Below, in pieces: positions 1 through 9,536 of a stretch of DNA of 64,000 bases. Positions within the stretch are counted from its first letter, which is position 1; every line of letters begins with the position of its first letter. Source of the stretch: a virus (lineage: Duplodnaviria > Caudoviricetes); IMG/VR virus record IMGVR_UViG_3300009868_000003, positions 23,261 through 87,260 of that record; one strand, given 5' to 3'. Under the pieces are notes generated by a model. It saw only the letters and a list, made by a program, of their open reading frames with translations. It was not told where the DNA came from and ran no database searches. A program made the translations under genes and the position numbers.

Positions 1-2
1 TC

Positions 3-122
3 AGCTTTGAAAAGTTAGATGCTTTTTTAAAGGTGTTCGGTCTTTCATTCGAACTGCTAAGAGGAGAGAACCTTACATCTAAACTTATGGAGTCAGTTCC
101 GAGTTTTTTTTGGAATGGCTAA
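3..122 (+). CDS. 3' end of a truncated ORF (SFEKLDAFLKVFGLSFELLRGE...), possibly HTH-like
   Basis: Frame open from window edge to TAA at 120-122. Confidence 0.3.
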   Translation, partial: SFEKLDAFLKVFGLSFELLRGENLTSKLMESVPSFFWNG

Positions 123-293
123 GTGTGAAAGGTTAATTGGTCGCTGAAACTTATGATAAGCCTCATGTCTCTTCATTTCACTAATTAACACGTATTTTTC
201 CAAAGTCTATATAAGTTCAAAGTTATCATACAACGAAATGATACCAAAAATGAAGACATTAATGTATTTGGTAAATTTTAAAGAAAAAAAACA

Positions 294-1193
294 ATGAGTT
301 TTTTACGATTTTATGAAGAAATCTCTTCAATTCGTGGGTTTAATCCCGAAAAATACTTAGAAAATAAGGTCTATCTTATTAATGAGTTTTTCAAAAACGA
401 ACGGCGTGATTCGGTAGTTGTCGGAATCTCTGGAGGGATTGATTCTGCATTAGTTGTAAACATTTTTAACAAGGCAGCGCAAGCAAAAGATTCCCCTATC
501 AGAATGATAGTCGGTCTTATTCTACCTGTCTCAGGTTCAGGAACGACCGGTCAAAATAAAGCAAAAGACAAAGCATTAGAAGTCCTAAACAAAATACCAG
601 TTGCGTGTCAAGTGATGGATCTTTCACCAGCATATGACTCAATTGTGGCTCAAGGTGGAGGTTCAGCATGGGCACAGGGACAGATGGCCTCTGTATTGAG
701 AACACCGGCTTTGTATTATCAAGCAGCTCTTTTACAAGATGCAGGGTACCGTTCAATTGTATCAGGAACAACAAACAGGGACGAAGGGGCATATATTGGG
801 TTTTATGGTAAAGGTTCAGACGGTATGGTTGACATACAACCTATTGGAGATTTGCATAAGTCTGAAGTCGTCTTACTTTCTAAAATGCTAAATGTTCCGG
901 TTGAAATTCAAATCGCTCCTCCTGCTGGAGACGTATGGGACGGTCGTGTAGACGAACAGATGATAGGGGCACCATATTGGTTTATTGAATCGTATCTAAT
1001 AATGCTTGAAAAAGGAAGGTTTGACCTGTTAGAAATGTTAGGCCAAGAAGAAAGAACAAAAGCAGACCGATGGATGGAAAACATTGAAAAGATACACAAA
1101 ACAAATTTACATAAATATCAAGTCGGCCTTCCTGCAAGGTTTGTGGACGTAATTCCACGATGTGTCCCTGGCGGTTGGTCATCAAAACTATAA
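294..1193 (+). CDS. nadE: NH3-dependent NAD+ synthetase (NadE family)
   Basis: PP-loop VVGISGGIDSAL, GTTNRDEGAYIGFYGKGSDG, PIGDLHKSEV motifs; no glutaminase domain. Confidence 0.92.
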   Translation: MSFLRFYEEISSIRGFNPEKYLENKVYLINEFFKNERRDSVVVGISGGIDSALVVNIFNKAAQAKDSPIRMIVGLILPVSGSGTTGQNKAKDKALEVLNKIPVACQVMDLSPAYDSIVAQGGGSAWAQGQMASVLRTPALYYQAALLQDAGYRSIVSGTTNRDEGAYIGFYGKGSDGMVDIQPIGDLHKSEVVLLSKMLNVPVEIQIAPPAGDVWDGRVDEQMIGAPYWFIESYLIMLEKGRFDLLEMLGQEERTKADRWMENIEKIHKTNLHKYQVGLPARFVDVIPRCVPGGWSSKL

Positions 1194-1194
1194 C

Positions 1195-1980
1195 ATGGAA
1201 CTAATACAGACAAAACCAGACATGAGTAAGGTCCCAGGAGGATGGGAACCTGAGACCAATTTATTATTAAACGAATCATTCGGTCCTATCCATGAAAGAA
1301 AGCTTATAGATGAAACGTCAAAGGCAATAGTGTTTGACAATGTCCTGTCACCTGTTGATTCTAAAAAACTTAGAGACCTTTTTCTAAACTCTCACATTAC
1401 TGCACCTGTCTCTATTCAAGGAAGACAGGATGTTCCTGATGATAGAATAGGTTCGGTTAGAGCAACTGCATGGAGTCCATACCTGGCCGACCAGATTTGG
1501 TCAAGATTAAAGATGCATCCTCATTTTTCGTTAAAGTGGTTTATGATGGAAGACTTTGTTGCGACTGATTGGTGGCAAGAGGGTCCATTTAGAAAGTGGG
1601 AAGCTTTCGGAGTCTCCCCTATGTTAAGGTTTATGAAATACGAAAAAGGAGGCCAACATTATTCTCATTATGATGCAGGTTTCATTTATCCTGACCCTCA
1701 CTATCGTACTCTTAAGTCGATCGTGATTTATTTAACGACAAATGAAGGTTCAGGTGCGACTCGATTTGTAGAAGACGGACAGGGAAACCTTCCAGTTTGG
1801 GAAAGAGATCATCGTGACTGGACTCGTGAGACTCGAGAAGAAGAAATAATCACTCGTTCATACCCAATTGAAGGTTCGGTGCTTTCATTCAACCATAGGT
1901 TATGCCATGATGTTGAAATATTCAATGGACCTGGAGATAGGATAATAATTAGAGGAGACATAATATACAAAGCCATATAA
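1195..1980 (+). CDS. 2OG-Fe(II) oxygenase, prolyl-4-hydroxylase-like
   Basis: HYD (HxD), distal H in RLCHD, R in RIIIRGD, RFMKYEKGG, IVIYL..GATRF; start set at ATG 1195 just after the nadE stop (track starts 1162). Confidence 0.85.
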   Translation: MELIQTKPDMSKVPGGWEPETNLLLNESFGPIHERKLIDETSKAIVFDNVLSPVDSKKLRDLFLNSHITAPVSIQGRQDVPDDRIGSVRATAWSPYLADQIWSRLKMHPHFSLKWFMMEDFVATDWWQEGPFRKWEAFGVSPMLRFMKYEKGGQHYSHYDAGFIYPDPHYRTLKSIVIYLTTNEGSGATRFVEDGQGNLPVWERDHRDWTRETREEEIITRSYPIEGSVLSFNHRLCHDVEIFNGPGDRIIIRGDIIYKAI

Positions 1981-1981
1981 G

Positions 1982-3328
1982 ATGAATTGGAAAATTAAAC
2001 GAGACTATTTTTATTCAGAATTATATGAGGAGTTTGGCCTTGAGTGGATAGAGGACGCAGGTTTTTTCTTTGATTCATACAAAGAAAATTGGAATCTTGA
2101 AGACCATACAAAAATACAGTGCACTCCTATTAACTTTATGAGAGAATCATACTCTCAAGCAAAACGACCAATAGTCCTTGTCACAACAGGTTCTTTTTGT
2201 CCAATACATGACGGTCATGTTGAAATGATGGAAGTTGCTAAAAAGACTCTTACTAAGTATGGATGGGACGTGATAGGCGGTCTAATATGTCCGGACCATT
2301 ATGAGTATGTTTCATCAAAAGTTAAGGAAGGTTTTATACCTATTCACCAGAGGCTTGAATTAATAGAAAGAAAAGTTAGGGATAAAGGATGGTTGGCTGC
2401 TGACCCATGGGGAGGAGTTTTTGTTCACTGTGATGTTAATTTTACAGACGTCGTTAGACGCACTGAGCTCTATTTGAAACATTACTTAGGACCAAATGTT
2501 GAGGTTGCATTTGTGTGTGGAGCAGACTGTGCTAGGTTTATGAAGGCTTTTTATAAAAAAGGAATATGTGTTGTCGTCGGTCGTGGAGAGCATATGTCCT
2601 CTGCTAATTATTACTATCGAGAGTTTGGAGACATAACTAGGACTTTTTTAGTCGAGCACAATAATCCTTTGTCTTCAACTGAAGTCAGGAAGAACTTTGA
2701 CATTTCTTTTAAAATAAATCGAGCAATAGTTCGAACAGACTATTCAGGGGTAGAAACTGCAATCTTAATTCCGCATGTCCTTGACCGGTTTGAAAACGTA
2801 AAAATAAATGATGTCAAAGAACAGAGGCTTAGGTTTATGCAGACTCTTAACAGCTCAAACGTCATTAGTCTTGACCCTTTAATTCACTTAGGGCATAGCC
2901 TTGAGATTTCCAGATTATATGATTGTTTTGGAATGAAAATGTTAGGTTACACAAACAGACCAGGAAGTCCAGACCTTGAGACTCAAATAAGGCTTATACC
3001 TGACGGAAATTACGTTTTGTTTGATGATGACACTGCAACCGGCGGGACCTTAAGGTTTGCTCAAAAACTATTGGAAAATACTGGAAAGAAGATTACAGGT
3101 TACTTTACTCTTTCGCGTGCCCTTTCTACTGATGAAATAATAGACATCAGAGATTTTGTTAAGGGTAAGAAATTTTCAGGTTTAGTCGTCAAAGGAGCAG
3201 ACAATCAAGTTAAAAGGCTACCCTACCTTGACCCATATGTAAACATATATTCAAGAGCATCAATAAAGGATCCGGTAGAATTTTCTAAGAAGGTGACAGA
3301 AATCAATGAAAGTTTTGGTTACAATTAA
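1982..3328 (+). CDS. NMN/NaMN adenylyltransferase-like (NadD/NMNAT) domain fused to a C-terminal type I phosphoribosyltransferase domain
   Basis: GSFCPIHDGH (HxGH), FVCGAD, LSSTEVR in the N-terminal part; VLFDDDTATGGTL PRPP-binding loop in the C-terminal part. Confidence 0.8.
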   Translation: MNWKIKRDYFYSELYEEFGLEWIEDAGFFFDSYKENWNLEDHTKIQCTPINFMRESYSQAKRPIVLVTTGSFCPIHDGHVEMMEVAKKTLTKYGWDVIGGLICPDHYEYVSSKVKEGFIPIHQRLELIERKVRDKGWLAADPWGGVFVHCDVNFTDVVRRTELYLKHYLGPNVEVAFVCGADCARFMKAFYKKGICVVVGRGEHMSSANYYYREFGDITRTFLVEHNNPLSSTEVRKNFDISFKINRAIVRTDYSGVETAILIPHVLDRFENVKINDVKEQRLRFMQTLNSSNVISLDPLIHLGHSLEISRLYDCFGMKMLGYTNRPGSPDLETQIRLIPDGNYVLFDDDTATGGTLRFAQKLLENTGKKITGYFTLSRALSTDEIIDIRDFVKGKKFSGLVVKGADNQVKRLPYLDPYVNIYSRASIKDPVEFSKKVTEINESFGYN

Positions 3329-3337
3329 ATAATCAAT

Positions 3338-4258
3338 ATGAATTCTGTATTAAATTTTGCACAATGGACACGAGTCTTTGAAAACGAAGAAGAAATTCGA
3401 CAGATACTTCCAAATGAAATCAAAGAAGCGATTGATGGGTTAAACCGTACAGGATTCGGACCGGTCAAAATAAAAAGTTCAGTAAAGTTTTCAATACCTC
3501 TTTATTGGTTAATGGTTACTGAAACATCAGACCGAACCTTTGAATGGTTTAAGGAAGCATGTCAGTCGACTGAGTCATACATATATGACCCGATGTATTC
3601 CAAGGGAAAGCTTCACTATTTTCTTTTTAAAGAAGATATGCGGGACGCAATGCTAGCATATTATAAGAGGTGTAACGAAGACTATGTAAATCCCCTTAGT
3701 CTTGAAGGAAAAATAAAATCGCCTGATATCTATGTTGGACAAGAAGCTCTGCTTAAAACATGGGAAATAGCTAAAACTCGATTTTCAGGTGGTGATGACA
3801 TTGAGGGACAGTCTCATACTAATCAAATTATGGAAAAGAGGTCGGACATAAAGGTCTTTTTGGACGATGATCGACAGCCATTAGAGTGTGTTAAGTTAAT
3901 GAAAAATAGGTTAAACGATACATCATTATATGCTGACCCTGATTGGCTTGTGATAAGAACATATGGAGATTTTAAAAGATTTTTAGAGAAATATGGTGTT
4001 CCAAGACTAATATCATTTGACCATGATATCGCTCCACCTATTGAAAAAAGAGCAGAAGTTCCAATTGAGGACTGGTTTGACCTAGGTGAAAACAGAGAAT
4101 GGAATGGGGTAGATTGTTTAAATTTGCTTAAGGATTATTGTTTGGGTAATAACGAGAACCTTCCAGAGTTCCTTATTCACACTCAAAATCCTACCGGATA
4201 TAGAAACTTGTTAAATGACTTAAATAGGTTTAAAAGGTATCAGAATGAAAATAAGTAA
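3338..4258 (+). CDS. Unknown N-terminal domain plus C-terminal divergent receiver domain (cyclic-phosphate-processing receiver type)
   Basis: VFLDDDRQP, ISFDHDI, NGVDCL, IHTQNPTG motifs. Confidence 0.6.
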   Translation: MNSVLNFAQWTRVFENEEEIRQILPNEIKEAIDGLNRTGFGPVKIKSSVKFSIPLYWLMVTETSDRTFEWFKEACQSTESYIYDPMYSKGKLHYFLFKEDMRDAMLAYYKRCNEDYVNPLSLEGKIKSPDIYVGQEALLKTWEIAKTRFSGGDDIEGQSHTNQIMEKRSDIKVFLDDDRQPLECVKLMKNRLNDTSLYADPDWLVIRTYGDFKRFLEKYGVPRLISFDHDIAPPIEKRAEVPIEDWFDLGENREWNGVDCLNLLKDYCLGNNENLPEFLIHTQNPTGYRNLLNDLNRFKRYQNENK

Positions 4259-4748
4259 AAGTCATATTTTTATGTACGACCAATGGGATGGTTCGTTTGA
4301 GGGTGATGAGGTTAGGATAATATGTAATGTTCTAAATAAAAACGGCATAATTACTTCCCCTATTCCAATTCTTAAAGGGTTTTTTCATGTGTTTGTTCAC
4401 TCAGTCCAGGCAAACCTTGGAAACTACGTTAAGCCTGAGTCTCATATTCCAGTCATGTTAAGGCTTAAACAAATGGCTGTTTCTAAGAAATCATATTTAG
4501 ATAGGGGACAGACAGACTCTTATGTTGATTTTTTAGTCGAAGATGACTGTTTGAGTCTAACTGAAGAAATAAAGCACGGAATGACAAATGGTCTTCTTCC
4601 AGACTTCGAAGGTTGTTCAATAACTCATACTTTAAAAAAAATCACGGTAAACACAGAAGAGCTTAAAAAAATATTTAAGATTGCTACTGGCGGATGGGAA
4701 TCAACCGACGACAGATTAGGCTCTGTTTTTAGCGACAAGATCCTCTAA
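4245..4748 (+). CDS. hypothetical protein
   Basis: 167-aa ORF overlapping the upstream stop, operon-like. Confidence 0.6.
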   Translation: MKISKSHIFMYDQWDGSFEGDEVRIICNVLNKNGIITSPIPILKGFFHVFVHSVQANLGNYVKPESHIPVMLRLKQMAVSKKSYLDRGQTDSYVDFLVEDDCLSLTEEIKHGMTNGLLPDFEGCSITHTLKKITVNTEELKKIFKIATGGWESTDDRLGSVFSDKIL

Positions 4749-4976
4749 TTTTGGTTTCTTTATTTCCAATCTCTTGTCTTCTGCTGGTTTCTTTCTTAGT
4801 ATCAGTTTAAAGTAAACCAATGATATTAGTGCCCAAAGCAGACCAATGGGACCCCAAATAACAGCAAGCACCAATTCTGCTTCTTTATCTTGATCTGTCC
4901 TAGGTAAAAGATAATGGAATATAAGAGCTCCAAGAAGTCCACATATAAGATACGGAATTATAAGAATTGCGCTCAT
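4716..4976 (-). CDS. small membrane protein
   Basis: Two hydrophobic segments, basic C-tail. Confidence 0.6.
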   Translation of the reverse strand: MSAILIIPYLICGLLGALIFHYLLPRTDQDKEAELVLAVIWGPIGLLWALISLVYFKLILRKKPAEDKRLEIKKPKLEDLVAKNRA

Positions 4977-5245
4977 TTACTTATCCATTTTTTAATCTTA
5001 TACGAAATTTCCTTTCTTGGGTTCTTAAGAACATCGTATTTTTCAGTGACGTTTGCTACTGTGATGTCACGGGGTGAATAATATTCTCCTAATGAATATT
5101 CTGAATCCTCCGACACTCTGCCTTTTTTAAGGTGAGATATAACAGGAACCGGTTTTTCTTCTTGGAAAAAAGTAGGTGGGGTGAATGATTGTTCTAAGAA
5201 CAAGTAAGGAATCCCCTCATCCAACATGACAATGTATTTTTCCAT
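4973..5245 (-). CDS. hypothetical protein
   Basis: Tightly packed in minus-strand operon. Confidence 0.6.
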   Translation of the reverse strand: MEKYIVMLDEGIPYLFLEQSFTPPTFFQEEKPVPVISHLKKGRVSEDSEYSLGEYYSPRDITVANVTEKYDVLKNPRKEISYKIKKWISK

Positions 5246-5517
5246 TAGATCTCAATACTTTCGGAGAAAACTATGGAGTCGTCGTTTGCAGCCCTTTTTC
5301 CAAGCTCAAAACACTTTTCTCCAAACTTAAGGACTAAATCAACAGCCTCTTGTGATTTAATCATGTTTTGGTCTAGGCTATGAACCTTTTCAGCTGCATC
5401 AATTATTTCAGTAGATTCACCAGCTTCTACTTTTTTAGTACGAAACTGTGATAACACGTCCTTATAAGTATCAATTAAGACTGCTATTTCAAGGTTAGGA
5501 ATTTTAATCTTATCCAT
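5245..5517 (-). CDS. hypothetical protein
   Basis: Stop/start overlap with neighbour. Confidence 0.6.
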   Translation of the reverse strand: MDKIKIPNLEIAVLIDTYKDVLSQFRTKKVEAGESTEIIDAAEKVHSLDQNMIKSQEAVDLVLKFGEKCFELGKRAANDDSIVFSESIEI

Positions 5518-5534
5518 TTAAATGTGGACTATTT

Positions 5535-6194
5535 TTACACCAGTGCGATCTGCCTGACTACAATATCAAATGATACCAATTCTCCCTTATTAATGGTAGG
5601 TTGGAATTTAAGTTTGTCAGTTGTGTCCCAAATTTTTCTTGCAGACTTACCACATGGGGTGTCCAACCATTCTATTTCTATACAAAGAATGTTGTCTTTC
5701 TCTGGGTAAAATCCCAATATAAGGTGAGATGCCTTGCTAAGAGAACGAATCCCAACTGAATCCTCATCAGTTACTATGTAACCTATAACCTGACGTTTTT
5801 CCATCCGTTGAAGTAGGTCATTAAGCTTACAAAAATCATTTGGTCTATTAATTATCATGTCTGTTATCTCGCTCTTATCAAGCTTTATTTTTATGCGGTG
5901 CGGGTTTAGCTTAATTTCTGCCTTATATTTTTCAGGAAGAAAGAGATTTTTATTGGAATCCGAAAAGTTTTTAGCCAATCGGTCAGCCTCGTCTATTGAC
6001 TCGACACCTAACACAATTGAGTCTATTAAAAGGGTCTTTGTCTTAGGAAAGTATGCGATTGTTTTTTCCTTTAAAGTCGAAGCTTCTACGAACCTAATCG
6101 CAAAGAAAACATCTTCTTCAAAAACCTGAGTCTTTTCCCATGAAAAATTATCGCTGGTAATGACTTCAATTGATTTAGTGTTTGGTACTCTCAT
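5535..6194 (-). CDS. hypothetical protein
   Basis: 219-aa ORF in operon. Confidence 0.65.
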   Translation of the reverse strand: MRVPNTKSIEVITSDNFSWEKTQVFEEDVFFAIRFVEASTLKEKTIAYFPKTKTLLIDSIVLGVESIDEADRLAKNFSDSNKNLFLPEKYKAEIKLNPHRIKIKLDKSEITDMIINRPNDFCKLNDLLQRMEKRQVIGYIVTDEDSVGIRSLSKASHLILGFYPEKDNILCIEIEWLDTPCGKSARKIWDTTDKLKFQPTINKGELVSFDIVVRQIALV

Positions 6195-6574
6195 ATTATA
6201 TTTGATGCTTTAAGAATTTCCTCTACTTTAAACCAGTCAACAAATGGACGCCCTTTTACTTTATTATTCTCAACATTTGCGGTCAATGGACAACCAAGTG
6301 CTGTATCGTCAATATACACTTGGGCGTATGCTTTGGGACTTTTGGTCCAATTTTGTTGTGTCGGATTTTCATTTATACCATACAGAGGTATTCCATGACT
6401 CTTAAACCAATTGACAGCATCCTGAAGCGTCTTGTCAGAGCGCATGGTCCATAGAATTATGTGATGATGTTCGCTTATCTGACTTAAAACATTCACAGCA
6501 TTAGGGACATCCTTTCCAACCTTTGGAAACTCATGTTCAACACATGTTCCATCAAAATCAATTCCAAAAATCAT
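6191..6574 (-). CDS. HAD-like hydrolase (BT0820-like)
   Basis: IDFDGT motif I, LWTMR, VYIDD. Confidence 0.8.
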   Translation of the reverse strand: MIFGIDFDGTCVEHEFPKVGKDVPNAVNVLSQISEHHHIILWTMRSDKTLQDAVNWFKSHGIPLYGINENPTQQNWTKSPKAYAQVYIDDTALGCPLTANVENNKVKGRPFVDWFKVEEILKASNII

Positions 6575-6966
6575 TATAGTTTATTACTGTTTTTTAGCTC
6601 CCTATACTTTTCATGTTGCACAAATTCATCGTTTACTTTATACCCCCATTCCCTTTTAGGTTTAGAAGATATGAATAAAGAATAGACAACTGGTGTTAGA
6701 AGTTTCTGAATTTTATGGAATTTTGTACCGTCTCTTTTTGCATACGAACCAGGAGACATAGTGTTAATTCCATTTTCTGTCTCCTCCAAATAAGTTCCCT
6801 TAAGTATTAGTGAAAAGTAATCCCATGGATGGTTATGTAGATGTTTGTCTTGATCTGCTGCATATATTCCATGCAACCAAATGGAAAACCATGGTGTTTT
6901 TAAGATTTCCCACCTTTTAAAGTGTAGCTCTCCCTTCTTCGATCGTATTTCCTTTATTAGCTTCAT
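6574..6966 (-). CDS. cupin-like protein
   Basis: LH..DQDKHLHNHPWDYFSLILKGTYLEE and FHKI metal-binding pattern. Confidence 0.55.
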   Translation of the reverse strand: MKLIKEIRSKKGELHFKRWEILKTPWFSIWLHGIYAADQDKHLHNHPWDYFSLILKGTYLEETENGINTMSPGSYAKRDGTKFHKIQKLLTPVVYSLFISSKPKREWGYKVNDEFVQHEKYRELKNSNKL

Positions 6967-7342
6967 CCTGTTCTTCTTTTTCTATGATGTTAGCAACCTT
7001 TTTACCAAGTTCAGTCCACCAAACGATAAGTTCACCATCTTCTCTTTCAAACCCTTCCATTAATCCTTTTTCAATGAAGGTATAAATGTTTGAGTCAGCT
7101 TCTGCTCTTTTAGCAATCTCATCAATTTGGTCTTCTTCTAAATCAGGATCCTCATTTTCTTCGTATGCTTTAAGACATGCATCTTCTAAATTTTTTCTTA
7201 GGACACACTCAACGAAACACTCTTTTAAGACTGGATCTTCCATCCACTCCTTAACGGTTTCATCTACATACTCTTTAACTTCAGCCGGAAGAAACGGTCG
7301 GTCTTCCCAAAATAAGAGGGCTGGTGATCTTTTTTCGCTCAT
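6917..7342 (-). CDS. hypothetical acidic protein
   Basis: 141-aa ORF preceded by TTTGGTATAAT. Confidence 0.6.
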   Translation of the reverse strand: MSEKRSPALLFWEDRPFLPAEVKEYVDETVKEWMEDPVLKECFVECVLRKNLEDACLKAYEENEDPDLEEDQIDEIAKRAEADSNIYTFIEKGLMEGFEREDGELIVWWTELGKKVANIIEKEEQDEANKGNTIEEGRATL

Positions 7343-7357
7343 TTTAGACTATATTTT

Positions 7358-7368
7358 ATTATACCAAA
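7358..7368 (-). promoter_or_regulatory. extended -10-like element TTTGGTATAAT
   Basis: Identical 11-mer also at 36740-36750; lies 16 nt upstream of a start codon. Confidence 0.4.
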
Positions 7369-7415
7369 CACCCAATGATAAGTTTTAGGTATCTTTACAA
7401 GACAAACTATTAGAT

Positions 7416-7583
7416 ATGAATGAAAAGTTAAGTGTGCCGATGGCGATTGGGTTTATTGTCCTTCACGCTCTTATAGTCTTTAAATTTGCTACCACCAAAA
7501 GGGAACTGTGGACGAAAGTAGACACTGCCCAACTTGTTTCAGCATTAGCGGTTGACATAATCGCCCTCACCATTAAGAGTTAA
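7416..7583 (+). CDS. 55-aa hydrophobic ORF not in the supplied track
   Basis: ATG 7416 to TAA 7583 (MNEKLSVPMAIGFIVLHALIVF...) fills the intergenic gap. Confidence 0.35.
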   Translation: MNEKLSVPMAIGFIVLHALIVFKFATTKRELWTKVDTAQLVSALAVDIIALTIKS

Positions 7584-8580
7584 AGCCTTCTAATAGGCCC
7601 GAAACTGCGTCTTCTCCACCCATTACTTCAGTATTGTCTATTTCATCACCTAAATGGTGTTGAGCAAGGGATTTTAGGGACATTGGTGAAAGACTCTTGG
7701 ACAGAATATTTACCGTCCAGTTATCATTATCTCTGGCAAACACCTTAATGTTTGTAGAATCGTTGTTTGCCACATAATTTCCTGAAATGTCCTCTGAGAT
7801 CTTAGGAAATTCTTTAATCTTTTCGTTTAACCATTTCTTAAACTCATCAGCAGTCCTATTGTTTGCGAAGACAAATGTTTTTGTGATGTTTGTTAGGTTT
7901 TGAGTGTACGAATCCTCTCCTGTCTTTTTAACCATTAAGCCCATTTGATTAAGCATCCTTACGTATGAATCATAAGTCGTGGTTGAACTATCGCCTGCAA
8001 AAATATCAGATGGGAAGATTATGTTTTTGTTGATCCAATCACAGGTTGTTGCAGGTCTACCTAAGATTATTGAAGCCCAAAGTGTTATTGGTTTTCTGCC
8101 CGACCTATATTCCTTTATACCAGGCGAAACAGGATCTCCGTTTTCTTTATAGACCTGTGCATTTAATGGAAGGATTTTATGTGCTTTATAAACAGATGCA
8201 TCAAATGTCATGATTTTTTTAGCAAGGTCATCGTTTTTAGTCATCTGATTTCCTTCAACAAGTAATCTATTGATTTTCCTACCACCATTGCTTCCTGAAC
8301 CAGGTTTCATTGCAGTTTCTATTAGAATGCCTAAAATTTGATTTGCATTACCTGGAACAGATGCATCTCCTACCCAAATGATCTCCCCAATCCACTTATA
8401 CCCAGATTTTCTATCTACTGCTTGGAGTTTTATTATTGCTTCTAGCACATCAAACTTTCTTTTAGAAGGTCGATTGCTATCTGTTATAAAATAACATTCT
8501 CCTCCTCTAATTGAAACAAGAGCAGTGTCTCCGTTTTTCCAGGAGACTTGTGATTGAAAATTTTCAAATAGTTGTACCAT
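7573..8580 (-). CDS. hypothetical protein, possible virion component
   Basis: 335-aa ORF. Confidence 0.65.
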   Translation of the reverse strand: MVQLFENFQSQVSWKNGDTALVSIRGGECYFITDSNRPSKRKFDVLEAIIKLQAVDRKSGYKWIGEIIWVGDASVPGNANQILGILIETAMKPGSGSNGGRKINRLLVEGNQMTKNDDLAKKIMTFDASVYKAHKILPLNAQVYKENGDPVSPGIKEYRSGRKPITLWASIILGRPATTCDWINKNIIFPSDIFAGDSSTTTYDSYVRMLNQMGLMVKKTGEDSYTQNLTNITKTFVFANNRTADEFKKWLNEKIKEFPKISEDISGNYVANNDSTNIKVFARDNDNWTVNILSKSLSPMSLKSLAQHHLGDEIDNTEVMGGEDAVSGLLEGFNS

Positions 8581-8603
8581 TATCTTTTAATTTTTATTAT
8601 CTA

Positions 8604-9518
8604 TTAGAATGCAGTATGCATGTAAATGTCTCCTGAATAATCATCGGCAAATGTCTTGACATCAAATCCTAATGATTCTGCCAACTTAAAGACGTCGGTT
8701 ACAGTCATCACAGTCTTTTCAATCTTTGGATCTGACGCAAATACTAATCTTGCTCCAGCTGTTCTAAATTTTATTTCAATTTCCCTATGGATTGTTCTAA
8801 CGTCGCTTTCAGATCTTAAATTAAATGTGATCTCATACTTTCTTTGTCCAGCAACAGTCAATGACACTACACGTTCCTTAGGTTCTGACATTTCTACAAC
8901 TCCAGTTTCCCTTAAAATGTTTTCTGCTATTCCCCTAGCATCAATATTTTCTTTAGGCCCAAAATTTATTTTAAAGATAATTTGATAAGTAGAGACTTTA
9001 TTGTCGTCATCGATTGTTATGCCGCTTTCCCTTTGAATTTCGTTTTTAAGAACCTTGAACCAAGGTTCGTTACGAACTTTTAAATTTTCGTAAAGGTCTG
9101 AGAATAAAAAAACGTCTGATATTGGAACGTCACTTTTCACGGCAAGTTGTCCAACTTCAATAGTCTTCTTAGGGTCTATTTTGATACCTAATAGGACGCT
9201 TGTATTTTCAATGGTTTTGTTAGTAAGAGTTTTGGTTCCCTTTAAAACGGTAAAATGTCCCATTTTTCCTGTCACACGGTCAGCCGTTTTTCCTATTTTA
9301 TTAGCAAGTTCGTCGTATTGATGCAAAACACTGGAGTCCGAGATCCAAAGCATATTCGAATCACCTCCGATTCTTTGGACTTTTATTTCACCATCATTTT
9401 CATCGTGACCTATTCCAAAACCAATCTCATCATTCTTAGTAAAAAACATGTATTGGAAGTCCGGTGATTCAAATGATTCATTAATAAATTCATTAAACGT
9501 TTGACATCTTAGCTTCAT
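8604..9518 (-). CDS. hypothetical protein with capsid-targeting-like N-terminus
   Basis: Starts MKLRCQTFNEFINES; AATAAATA at 9525-9532. Confidence 0.65.
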   Translation of the reverse strand: MKLRCQTFNEFINESFESPDFQYMFFTKNDEIGFGIGHDENDGEIKVQRIGGDSNMLWISDSSVLHQYDELANKIGKTADRVTGKMGHFTVLKGTKTLTNKTIENTSVLLGIKIDPKKTIEVGQLAVKSDVPISDVFLFSDLYENLKVRNEPWFKVLKNEIQRESGITIDDDNKVSTYQIIFKINFGPKENIDARGIAENILRETGVVEMSEPKERVVSLTVAGQRKYEITFNLRSESDVRTIHREIEIKFRTAGARLVFASDPKIEKTVMTVTDVFKLAESLGFDVKTFADDYSGDIYMHTAF

Positions 9519-9536
9519 ATTTTTTATTTATTTTGA

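Noticed and set aside
1195-1980. 2OG-Fe(II) oxygenase as a TET/JBP base hydroxylase feeding the glycosyltransferase
   Set aside because: Motifs (RFMKYEKGG, IVIYL..GATRF) are prolyl-hydroxylase-like, and the gene is coupled to nadE, 33 kb from the GT.
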